Positions 46,301 through 57,683 are shown, counted from the first letter of the stretch. The stretch is 64,000 nt of DNA from the human T2T-CHM13v2.0 reference genome, Homo sapiens (GCF_009914755.1 NC_060934.1), one strand, 5' to 3'. Notes: generated by a model not told the origin, from the letters alone. Program-made: numbers and translations.

Positions 46301-48092
46301 TCATAACTTAAGTCTCAGCCAATAGTTCAACTGCAGAAAAGTGCCTTTCATCCGATTTTGGTCACATACATTCATCTTCTAAGTTCTCATTTAGTATCTT
46401 CATCTCTCATTATGGTTTTCAATGATAAATTTTAGTGTTCATATTTCAGTTCCCCAAAAAGACGGTAAACTCTGAGGCGTGGGAGATCAAAAGCCAGGCA
46501 GTTGTCAGAATCTTGCCAGTGTAAATTGACTTTAACCTAACAGAAATGATTCTTTTGGCATCACATTTGGGTGCCTCTATTTCCTCTAATCATAAATCTT
46601 TCTTCTACTCATTTCTTCATAGTAAAACCAAGAAGTCTGTGCTATCACTCCAACAGCACCAAGAACAGATATACTAGTGCAATATTATACACATAATAGG
46701 GGCTCCATTAATGCTTGCCAAATGAATAAAGACTGTTCCTATAAATTTTTTTTGAAAAAAAAAATCGTCTAGATGCAGTAAAGCTTTTTAATTTGCCAAA
46801 GAACAGAATACCTACCTAATAAAATAACTCTCAAATTCAATATTCTATAGAAATACAATCTACCAATCTGTTATAGAGGAGTTTTATCTCATGTAATATG
46901 CAGGAATTTGAAACCAAAAGTTGGTGCAACAATAGAAAATTTGAAAATAAATTCTGCAACTGTGCCATAACTTACTTTACATTCCTCTTTCCAGTCTCTA
47001 GATGTTGATATGCTAATGGAGATGTAATACAGTTACTGCTCTAATTTAAACCAGATACTTAAAATTGAAGAAGCTGCCTACTTGTTGAAGCTATTACCCT
47101 AATACTAGTAAAAATAATTGACCATTAGATCTAAAAGGGGCCTTGGATATTATCTGGTACATTTATCTCACAGATCAGTAAACAAATGAAACTTTATTCT
47201 AAAGTTCACAAAGACAATTAATTGCTAGGCCCGATTTTTAGTCCAGTCCTTTTCAAATGTGGTTTTGACTTGCATACGGACAAGGATGATGGTAAAAGAC
47301 AGGAAACATTTCAAGTCCTAGGAGAAATGAGATTTTCTCCACTACTTTCTTTGCTCCCCACAGATTTAAGTAAGTTCTAAGAAGTCCCTACAGATGGGAG
47401 TAACTGAAGTGCTTCCTTTGCACGTTTTTGAGATTTGGAGAATTTAAGAGGTTCTAAGACCTATGTAAAATTTCAACTCAATTACATATTTTTTGGTTCA
47501 TTATCTATCCACCAATTCTTCCTTCCATTTAAACCATTAGATCTGAAAAAGTCCTTAGAAACTGCCTAATAGTGGTAGATATTTCGTTTCACTGATCAAA
47601 AACCTGAGGCTCAAAAGCAAATGTAAATTTATATTTCATAAAAATCTTGGGGGAAAAGTCCTATCCTATCCCATTAGAGAGGGAGTAGTGCAGTTAGAAA
47701 TACAACACCGAACTCCTGAAACCAAACATCAAGTATCCTTAAACAAGATAATAGAATTGTGATTTTTTTCTTTTCAACATGAAACTTCATACTATGCTGT
47801 ATATCACATATAATTAAATTACACAATAATCACATACCGTATTAATAAGAGGTTAAGTGTAATATAATAAAATGGTCATCTCACAGCGCCAGACTGCCCT
47901 CTCTGTAAAACTGTGAGATGCTGAATACCTAGATATTTCGACCTTTTCTCTAACAAGTTATCCTCCAAGGCTACTTCATCGAGGCAAAAATACATTTTAT
48001 TTATTATTAAAAATTCCAGTATATGTATGCTTAATTAATACTGAGTATTCCCCATTCTTGTTTCAAGTGATAGTCTTTGCTTATCCACATAC

Positions 48093-48169
48093 CTAGGAGG
48101 CTGGGGAGGCTCCTTCAAGTCACTGGGTATGAGGTTATAAATGCACTCAGAAGAGCACGTTGGATCCAT
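48093..48169 (-). CDS. ENKUR: ENKUR coding exon 1 (MDPTCSSECIYNLIPSDLKEPPQPPR)
   Basis: ATG at 48169 in strong Kozak context (gtggccATGG), 77 nt to gtatg donor; phase matches exon 2. Confidence 0.93.
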
Positions 48170-48394
48170 GGCCACCAAATGACTCCTTAAAAGCTACTCT
48201 CCACAACTTTTTTCTCCCTGTCCCAGTATCTCCGTCCCTTTCTTCACTGCTTCCCCTTTCTTTCTTCTTCGCCTTCTGAAGGACCACAGGTTCTCTCCTT
48301 CACATCGTCCCCCTTTAACCCCCTCTTAGCAGTCCTCTCTCGGGAAGAAAACACCCTATTTCTCTCCGGATTGCTAAGCGTCGTTGACTGTGCG

Positions 48395-48422
48395 GTTGCC
48401 GTGGAAACCGTTACTAGGCAAC
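48395..48422. promoter_or_regulatory. Tandem RFX X-boxes
   Basis: GTTGCCGTGGAAAC (48395-408) and GTTACTAGGCAAC (48410-422). Confidence 0.8.
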
Positions 48423-48859
48423 GAGGAAGTGGCAGGCAGCACCGCAAACTAGGTCTCCCCTCTTCCCTCTTTCTGCAGCGCCTTCTGCTAGAGAAGCTCA
48501 TTTGGAAGCCACTGTTTTTACGTGCCTTTGAAAGTTAACGGGGTGAAAATGATGTCCCCTTAAAAACTGTGCTCTTTTCTATTTCTGTGTATCTGGGGAA
48601 AAAAGAAAAATCCTAGTAGAGACGGCAAAGCGCAGCTGGTGCGCAGGCGTCACCCAATAAGGTTTTTGTGAGCAGGCCCCAATCGCGGTGTGGGCGGAGC
48701 GAGCGGCTGAGACCACGAGGACGCAAGGCCAGCGCCGCCAGGGAGACGAGGGAGGGGAGGAGCCTGAGGAGATCGGAGTGCTCGGATAGGCTACAGTGAG
48801 AAAGGAGAGTCACGTGCCCTGCGCGAGGCCGCTCGGGGAAGGGCGTGGAGCGGAGGCAC

Positions 48860-48925
48860 GCTGGCCGCCGCAGGCACAGGCGCAGAGTCCACTGCGCGGG
48901 GGCGGGACCGGGGAGCTAGCTGCAG
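48860..48925 (+). other. THNSL1: THNSL1 non-coding exon 1 (start approximate)
   Basis: Strong donor CAG|GTACGG at 48925/6 inside the CpG island; TSS not determinable from sequence. Confidence 0.6.
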
Positions 48926-50623
48926 GTACGGTGCTCCGTCTCCTGTGGAGGCTTTAGCGGCTCGTGGACACTGCTCCCCCATTTCCTTTCATTTCCCCCG
49001 TCTTCTCAGTGAGATTTCCTTGGTGAGTTATTGGAGGAGAAAGGAAGGAAAACTAGAAGCCAGCCCGCTCCCATCGCATGCCTTTCCCCGTACCGTCCCT
49101 TCCCCTTTCCGCTACTCGCTGGTCATCTCAACTCTGCGCGCATTTTTCCTGCTGCTTCTGGTCGAGGCTCCTCGGAACGCCGCGCAGCCCTGCCCGCCAC
49201 GTGTGTGAGTGCGCGCACGGGGCCCGCGGCCTCCTCCGCCTGCTGCGCTCGCCCTCCCGCCCCTGCTCCCGGGACCGCCCCTTGGGCGGTCCTCCGGGTC
49301 GGCTCTGCGCCTGCTCTTCCCCGGGTCGGGACTCTTCCTCTAGGTCGTTCTCCAGGAACCAGTGGACCTGCTCTTTGTAAATGAGCAGCCTAAACTAAGA
49401 GGAGAAGCCTTTTAAGTGGGCCTTTACGTTTTTGTCCAGTTTTTGGTGTCCCTTGTTGGAAAATTGTCTTCTGAGAAGCGGTTTTATTCCTTTTTGTTCC
49501 ACCTGGTCACCCGTAAATCTATGCACATGGGCCTGCCGTAGGAAAGTCATTTAGACGCTTTTACCCGAGTGTTTAAAAGACATTTTGGTAATAGGATTTG
49601 GGGAGGAAGATGGATGCCTCTGAACCACCGGTACAGAGGCCACTCTGCCCGAAGGAAATAAAGCTTCCCGGAGAGGAGAGAAAACACACTTGAGTCTGGG
49701 TTTCTCACTGCCTGGTTGGCTGGCGGAGTGATTAAAACAACACAATGGCCTGGTGAACCTTTTAGTTCCTGTATAAAAAGGCTTTACTGAATGTGTAGGT
49801 CCTTACTTTGGGCTCTTACTGAATTTCACTACATAAGAATACGTTAAGTTTTTCTTTTTTTTTTTTTTGTATACAGTTGATTTTAATTTTTGTCCCAGAC
49901 GCTTAGGGAAAATTCTCCAGATTTCTTCACATCAGATTGTCTTCCAAAACATTTTAGATAGATGGATCTGTAGATCTATATTTAGATCTAGATCCAAATC
50001 TATATCACTTTGCCCCTTTCTTTTCGCCCTTGAGTATTTTATGTTTGGGATTTCTGTTTAGCAAGTATAGAGAAAAAATTTGGCGGGAAACCTCCTGTAT
50101 GTACGAAGATTCGAACCAAGGACTCATGGAATGATAACGCCATTAGCCAAGTGGATAGTCACTGGCTAAAGCTTATGAATTTTCTAATTAGAAGGAACAC
50201 CTTGAGACTATTTGTGTTAATCAGTTCCTGAAATAGCAAGTAAGGGCAAAACATGATTTCTGCAGTTAGCACCAACTGGCCTTTGGTAGCCTTGATGTTC
50301 TGGGGTTACTGAAATAAAATAATTTCACTGATGTCTGTATATTTATTATGCTTTAAAAAATGCTAAACAATTTGTGCAAGACCTCACTGTGGTATAGTTA
50401 GTTTACAGCCATGAGCAGGTTGTTAAATCATTTGGAAAAAAACTTTTCTTTTTTCTTAGACATTTGATCTGCAATTCTCCTTGCCTTTTGAAAGTGTGTT
50501 TAAGCAAAATTATTTCTAGTTTTTATAATGCTCTTGAAATGACACTTCAAAAAAATGCCTGTGTCCACCGCATGTCCACAGGGAATTAACTGGTATATAC
50601 CTACAGGGATGAACAAACTGTCT

Positions 50624-50820
50624 ATAAAGGGGTAGACAGTAAATATTTCAGGCCTTTTTAGGCCAAGTGGTTATGTTGCAACTACTCAGTTTTGCCATTG
50701 TAGCTCAAAAGCAGCCAAAGACGGTACTGAACAAATATGTGAGCACATGAATGACTGAAGTTGTGCTTCAAAGAAACTTGATTTATGAAAATGATGGTGG
50801 GCCAGATTTAGCCTGTGGAT
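50624..50820. mobile_element. hAT-Charlie MITE (MER58-like)
   Basis: cagggatgaacaaactgtctataaagg...gggccagatttagcctgtggattgtagtttgc. Confidence 0.7.
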
Positions 50821-51348
50821 TGTAGTTTGCACAGATCCTAGATCCCCGTATATAATGGTATGCCTGTGATGTACATAAACAAATGAGGGTTGTTTTTTTT
50901 TTTTTTTTTTTTTGCGAAGGATTATTTTAATCTATTTAAATGAATAAAATGGGTGTAGATGAGTATATAAGACAATTGGAAGGTAAATAAACCCTTTATA
51001 AAGACAGGTTCTTTATAATTCTCAAAGTTATAGAATTGTGGATACTAAAGTTTTCAATTAAATATTCGAGATCGTTAAGAATATGTCTAACAGCAGAAGT
51101 CTAACGGCAGAAAAAGCTTAGTCAGCTTTGATAGTAATATAAAGACTAAGTGATGAACTTGCAAAATTGTTTTAGTTGTGAGATCCTTGTGATTACAGAA
51201 CTATACTGGATTGTGTGGTCCTTCCACCCTCACCTCTGTTTCATGGCAAGTGGGAGGCCCTCTGAATGAAAAGTTTGAGAGAATTTTTGGTCAGAAGTCA
51301 GAAGCAGTAGAGCTTAACCTCCTTTTGGCTAGTTTGTGTCCTGATACA

Positions 51349-51915
51349 CAGTTAGTTCTCCATATCTGTGAATTTCCCATTCTCAGATTCAACTAATTAC
51401 AGATTGAAAATATTTTAAAATTTTAGTTGGGCACAGTGGCTCATACCTGCAATCCAAGCACTTTTTGAAGGCCAAGGCAGGAAGACTGCTTGAGCCCAGG
51501 AGTTGGAGACCAGCCTGGGCAACATGGCGAAACCCCCTCTCTACTAAAAATACTAAAATTAGCTGGGTGTGGTGGTGCGTGCCTTTAGTCCCAGCTACTT
51601 GGGAGGCTGAGGTGGGAGGATTGCTTGAGCCTAGGAAGTCAAGGCTGTAGTGAGCCAAGATTGTGCCACTGCACTCCTGCCTGGGCAACAGAGTGGGAGC
51701 CTGTCTGAAAAACAAACAAAAACACGAAAATAATGGAACAGTAAAAATACCACAAACAAAAAAGCAAATTAGTACAACAGCTCTGTACCTAGCATTTGCA
51801 TTGTATTATGTATTATAAGTTATTCAGAGATTAAGGTATACAGGAGGATGTGCACAGGTTATATGCAAATACTACACCATTTTATATAAAGGACTTGCAC
51901 ATCTGCAGATTTTTC
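51349..51915. mobile_element. Tigger3-derived DNA element interrupted by Alu
   Basis: gattcaactaattacagattgaaaatatt ... gttatatgcaaatactacaccattttatataaaggacttg. Confidence 0.65.
51426..51725 (+). mobile_element. Alu (AluJ-like)
   Basis: Sense dimer. Confidence 0.9.
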
Positions 51916-52471
51916 TCACTCTAAAGTCAGTCCTATTAACTGCTAATTATCCAATATCCCTCTCAATGCTTAATCCAAATAATTGTTAAACACATGAAAG
52001 AGAAGAGTGTCAAGACCAAAAGCCTTGGAGTGCACTACCAGAAATTTCCCTCTATTCAACAGAACCATTTTTATGATCATTCAACAATATCCTCAAATCT
52101 TTTTTTTCCATTTCTCCGTGAATTAAAAAAATTTTAAATGAACCATGTGTAATGCTTTGGTGAAGTCCATATATATGCCTTCTATGTATATTCCTGAGTG
52201 GCCATTGCAGCAGACGTTCTCAAAAAAGAAATGAGGATGTCTTTTCCTCATTTGGTTGGTTAAAAAATGTTGAGCCCCTAAAATCAATTTGTGGTTAAAT
52301 GTTACAAAATAAAATTTAGTATGTAGCTTAAAATAGAATATATCTTTATTGTTCTTTAGAAATAATATATATTATAGCACTTAACTGCCTTCTGCTAGTC
52401 TAAGGAACATGTTTGTGGGAAATAATATTGATACAGAATTTACAAATTGAACTGTCATAATTTTCTTTAAA

Positions 52472-52514
52472 ATATATCTATATCTATATCTATATCTATA
52501 TCTATATATATCTA
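52472..52514. repeat. (TATATC)n microsatellite
   Basis: Direct inspection. Confidence 0.9.
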
Positions 52515-52663
52515 CCCCAAAGTCTTGAAAAAGGGAAGTGAAGTAAAATTTAAAAACAAGAGGGTAGAGGGGAACTAACATATAGGAAAAGTAAGATTGC
52601 AAAACATAAGGTGAAGGTAACATAATGTTTCCTTACAATCTACTTTTAATGAAGTTGATGTTA

Positions 52664-53004
<341 letters not shown>

Positions 53005-53969
53005 CTACTCAGATTATATACAATTATTACTAATACAGGTATCAGAAAGTTATGTATTGCAAACTCAAAAAGAAGAAACTGTAATGTTACAAGCAAAAGC
53101 TTCCTGAATAGGAGGTTAATCAGACTGTTTTATGTAAGTGCCCTAAAAGCAGTTTGTGCTTTTAAAGTCCAGTACCAGAATATGGTTTAATAAAATAAAT
53201 TGATGTTATGGTTCAAGTATATAATTCTTTCTGGTCCCTGGTTTACTTCAGGGAAAGGATTAGACTGTGCATGGCAAAACAGTTCTTGATTCGTGGGTGA
53301 ACACCACGGTATTCTCTGAAGGTTTATAAACCAAACCATAAAAAAAATGCACCCTGCCTTGTACCTACATATTTGGGTTCAATTTATATATTCCTAGCCC
53401 ACTGTCAGTGAGTGACAATGATTAATCTTACTGTAAATATTTTGTGCTAACCACTATGATATGTGCTTTGATTTTATTATAGACACTTATATAGCTAAGA
53501 GGTATCTTTTTGTGGCAAGAGTTTTATTTGGGCTTTTTATAGTGGATATTATTACATATGAATATATAGTGATTTTGATAGATAATATAGCCTAAAAAAC
53601 AACTCAGACACTAATTTCATAGCTTTAGTCTGCTGACTTTTTCCCCTCTGATCATTATACAGCCAAATCATTAAAATTCCAGATATCCTTCTGAAAAGTT
53701 TTATATTTGTTATTATTTGGTTTTTTATTGCTTGATGGTAGAAATTCCTTCAGTACTGTTTAGTGAAATTCTTTTTATAATGAGACACACATGTTTAAAA
53801 ACAGTATTTTAATCTTCTAATAACAGATTTGGGGAAACATATGAAAAGGGTCAATTTTTCTGTATTTTTAAAATTTCAGATGAGCTTTTCAAATAATAGA
53901 CTAGTCTATGTGTAGAATTTTATGATACTCTATACAGTTATGATTAACTTAAATTTTTTTCCATTATAG

Positions 53970-54136
53970 ACTCCACGTTTTGCAAAGATCGGTTTTGCCT
54001 CAGAGTCAACAAACTCTTCAGATTGGTTCCGGTGTGTCCTATGTTTACAAGTCAGTGGAAATTAAGCACAACACATATAAATTGAAAAGTCAAATAAGGA
54101 AATGAATTACCTCCCTTGACGGCTCTAATTTTACTT
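53970..54136 (+). other. THNSL1: THNSL1 non-coding exon 2 (167 nt, inferred)
   Basis: tttttttccattatag acceptor and CTT|GTAAGT donor. Confidence 0.65.
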
Positions 54137-55451
54137 GTAAGTTAAATTCAGAGTTAGCTTAAAATCATTTAAATGTTTAATTACAGAACAGAGTTTAAGT
54201 AGCATAGAAAGTCAGTATTACATGATTAAAAGTTTTCAGAACATATTTTAACATATGATCTAGTATTTAATATGGTTTAGTTGCATATTGCTTCTACCAG
54301 AGAACACGTGATAAGCCCCACTATGTGTCTGTGACATTACTTCAGGCAATTTACATGAACATTGCACAGGTATTATACTGCATTTTACGTAACTAAAAAC
54401 TTGACTTGTCTGGCATACATTTTTGTTTTAATGGTGAGTATATTTCCAAAGACAAGGACTTGGTCAATATGGGAAATTATAGAGCTTCTTTGGATGCCAG
54501 AATAATTGTTGTCTCTCATCATTGGAAACATTCCTGAGGTTCTTGGCTGTGGCCCTGGGGTCTGGAAATTGAGTTAAATCTCTCCACTGATGATTATAGG
54601 GTTAGAAACAAAAGTGATGGTTCTGTGCAGATAAGGTTATATGTAGCCTTTGACCTCATTGCTGATTATTAATTTTTCTTAACTATTTGTATAATATACC
54701 TTTCACCTTGGCTCTTTTTAAAGCCTTCAATATGAATAATATGTAACAATGATTCTTAATATGCGTGTAAAAGGCACATAAGAAAGAAAATGTCATACCT
54801 TTGTCCTGTAGTTTGGAAAACTAAGCATTTTATAAGCAAATATGTTCTTTTATTCTGGTTTCCTGTTATGACTTCTATAAGAAATTTATGAGTAATATAG
54901 TCTGTCACAATGTTCATATAACTGAAGAGAAATTAAATATAAAGAATATTGTTCAACTTTTGTGAATTGCAAGTAGATAGCACTCCAACTCCAAATCATC
55001 TTTATATGTGATATAAACTGATAAACCATGAAATAATTTTCATTAAAAGATCTCAATATGAAAAGAAATAGTAATTTGATTTAGTGTATATATACTTTTA
55101 AAAGCATCTACAATCTGGCACTTTGTGAATACAAGTTTCTGTTTTTTATAGTTACAAATTTTGTCAAAGTTTTGATTTTTCAGTGTCTTGAGATTTTAAA
55201 AGATATCATTAAAAGGATAATATGCAATATATAAGAATTTGGGTTGGAATACTTTTTTTAATTCCATAAGTTTGGAAGATTTTTAAACAGTTTATGTACC
55301 ATGGGCATGGTTATATTCAGTCCTATTGGGATTTTAACAATCTACTGTAATTAGTAACCAAATTATCTTTTGTTGTTTTTTGTTTGTTTTGTGTTTTGAA
55401 AAGGGCTAAAGCCAATTTTTAGGTTGGCTTGGGCAGAAAAGTGAAAAGAGA

Positions 55452-57683
55452 ATGCTCCACTTTAACCGATGTCATCATCTGAAAAAGATAACACAGAAAT
55501 GTTTTTCTAGTATACATGTTAAAACGGATAAACATGCACAGCGATTTCTTTCAAGAACCTTTGCACTTGCGGAATTGAGGAAGTCATGGTATTCAACCCA
55601 CTCTCTTGTTGGAGACAAAAATATTATCCTGATGGGACCTCCTGGTGCTGGGAAAACAACAGTAGGCAGAATAATAGGTCAGAAACTAGGTTGTTGTGTC
55701 ATAGATGTGGATGATGATATCCTTGAAAAAACCTGGAATATGAGTGTGTCTGAAAAATTACAGGATGTTGGTAATGAGCAATTTTTAGAAGAGGAAGGAA
55801 AAGCTGTGTTAAACTTCTCTGCATCTGGAAGTGTGATTTCCCTTACTGGGTCCAATCCAATGCATGATGCTAGCATGTGGCATCTGAAGAAAAATGGAAT
55901 AATTGTATACCTGGATGTACCTCTACTAGATCTAATTTGTCGTCTAAAATTAATGAAGACAGATAGGATTGTAGGTCAGAATTCTGGAACATCTATGAAA
56001 GACTTACTTAAATTTAGAAGACAGTATTATAAGAAGTGGTATGATGCTCGTGTTTTCTGTGAAAGTGGGGCTTCCCCAGAGGAGGTAGCTGACAAAGTGC
56101 TGAATGCAATTAAAAGATACCAAGATGTGGACTCGGAAACATTCATTTCAACAAGACACGTTTGGCCTGAAGACTGTGAACAGAAGGTTTCAGCAAAATT
56201 CTTTAGTGAAGCTGTAATTGAGGGGTTGGCTTCTGATGGTGGCCTCTTTGTTCCTGCAAAGGAGTTTCCAAAATTAAGCTGCGGGGAGTGGAAAAGCCTA
56301 GTAGGAGCAACCTACGTAGAAAGAGCACAGATACTGTTGGAAAGATGTATCCATCCTGCAGACATACCTGCTGCCAGGTTGGGAGAAATGATTGAAACTG
56401 CTTATGGGGAAAACTTTGCCTGCTCAAAAATTGCTCCTGTCAGGCACCTTTCAGGCAACCAGTTCATCCTGGAGTTGTTTCATGGACCAACAGGATCATT
56501 TAAAGATTTGTCTTTACAGCTTATGCCTCATATTTTTGCACACTGTATCCCAACAAGTTGCAATTATATGATACTTGTAGCTACTTCAGGAGACACAGGG
56601 AGTGCAGTCTTAAATGGTTTTAGTCGTCTAAATAAGAATGATAAGCAAAGGATAGCTGTGGTTGCATTTTTTCCTGAGAATGGAGTAAGTGATTTTCAAA
56701 AAGCACAAATAATTGGCAGTCAGAGAGAAAATGGATGGGCAGTGGGTGTTGAGTCAGATTTTGATTTTTGCCAGACAGCTATAAAAAGAATTTTTAATGA
56801 TTCTGATTTTACTGGCTTTCTTACTGTGGAATATGGAACAATCTTAAGTTCGGCTAACTCCATAAACTGGGGCCGACTACTTCCGCAGGTAGTTTATCAT
56901 GCTTCCGCATATCTTGATCTTGTTAGTCAAGGATTTATTTCTTTTGGAAGCCCAGTCGATGTCTGTATTCCCACAGGAAACTTTGGTAACATTTTAGCAG
57001 CAGTGTATGCCAAAATGATGGGAATCCCGATTCGAAAATTTATCTGTGCCTCTAATCAGAACCATGTTTTGACTGATTTTATAAAAACAGGACATTATGA
57101 TCTAAGGGAAAGAAAACTAGCACAAACCTTTTCACCGTCAATAGATATTCTCAAATCTTCAAACCTAGAACGACATTTACACTTGATGGCTAATAAAGAT
57201 GGACAGCTAATGACAGAATTATTTAATCGATTAGAAAGTCAGCATCATTTCCAGATAGAAAAGGCTCTAGTTGAGAAACTTCAGCAGGATTTTGTAGCTG
57301 ACTGGTGCTCTGAGGGAGAGTGCCTAGCAGCTATTAACTCCACCTATAATACTTCAGGGTATATTTTGGATCCACACACTGCTGTTGCAAAAGTGGTTGC
57401 AGATAGGGTGCAAGACAAAACTTGCCCTGTGATTATCTCATCTACAGCCCATTACTCAAAGTTTGCACCTGCTATCATGCAGGCTTTAAAGATTAAAGAA
57501 ATCAATGAGACTTCATCAAGTCAGCTCTATTTGCTGGGTTCATACAATGCATTACCTCCACTGCATGAGGCTTTATTAGAGAGAACAAAACAGCAAGAGA
57601 AGATGGAGTACCAGGTCTGTGCAGCTGATATGAATGTCTTGAAGAGTCATGTGGAACAACTTGTCCAAAATCAATTCATATGA
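55452..57683 (+). CDS. THNSL1: Threonine synthase-like 1, 743 aa, single coding exon (exon acceptor at 55404, alternative at 55423)
   Basis: Long ORF; P-loop GPPGAGKT (aa62-69) + DVDD shikimate-kinase-like domain; threonine synthase motifs FISTR, GLASDGGLFVP, ELFHGPTGSFKD (PLP Lys351), ATSGDTG, NSINWGR, PTGNFGN, DPHTA. Confidence 0.98.
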   Translation: MLHFNRCHHLKKITQKCFSSIHVKTDKHAQRFLSRTFALAELRKSWYSTHSLVGDKNIILMGPPGAGKTTVGRIIGQKLGCCVIDVDDDILEKTWNMSVSEKLQDVGNEQFLEEEGKAVLNFSASGSVISLTGSNPMHDASMWHLKKNGIIVYLDVPLLDLICRLKLMKTDRIVGQNSGTSMKDLLKFRRQYYKKWYDARVFCESGASPEEVADKVLNAIKRYQDVDSETFISTRHVWPEDCEQKVSAKFFSEAVIEGLASDGGLFVPAKEFPKLSCGEWKSLVGATYVERAQILLERCIHPADIPAARLGEMIETAYGENFACSKIAPVRHLSGNQFILELFHGPTGSFKDLSLQLMPHIFAHCIPTSCNYMILVATSGDTGSAVLNGFSRLNKNDKQRIAVVAFFPENGVSDFQKAQIIGSQRENGWAVGVESDFDFCQTAIKRIFNDSDFTGFLTVEYGTILSSANSINWGRLLPQVVYHASAYLDLVSQGFISFGSPVDVCIPTGNFGNILAAVYAKMMGIPIRKFICASNQNHVLTDFIKTGHYDLRERKLAQTFSPSIDILKSSNLERHLHLMANKDGQLMTELFNRLESQHHFQIEKALVEKLQQDFVADWCSEGECLAAINSTYNTSGYILDPHTAVAKVVADRVQDKTCPVIISSTAHYSKFAPAIMQALKIKEINETSSSQLYLLGSYNALPPLHEALLERTKQQEKMEYQVCAADMNVLKSHVEQLVQNQFI

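Larger units (their letters stand above)
48360..49345. promoter_or_regulatory. CpG island / bidirectional promoter ENKUR(-)/THNSL1(+)
   Basis: High GC and CpG density; CCAAT at 48654 and 48679, GC boxes at ~48692, ~48840, ~48899, GTCACGTG E-box 48809-16, NRF1-like tgcgcaggcg ~48640, ETS ggaagt ~48425. Confidence 0.9.

Noticed and set aside
48244-49384. Several 60-117 aa ORFs on both strands
   Set aside because: Expected stop-codon scarcity in a CpG island; mostly non-ATG starts, no recognisable domains
50095-50170. Functional tRNA gene
   Set aside because: Acceptor, anticodon and T stems do not pair; only box-like motifs remain
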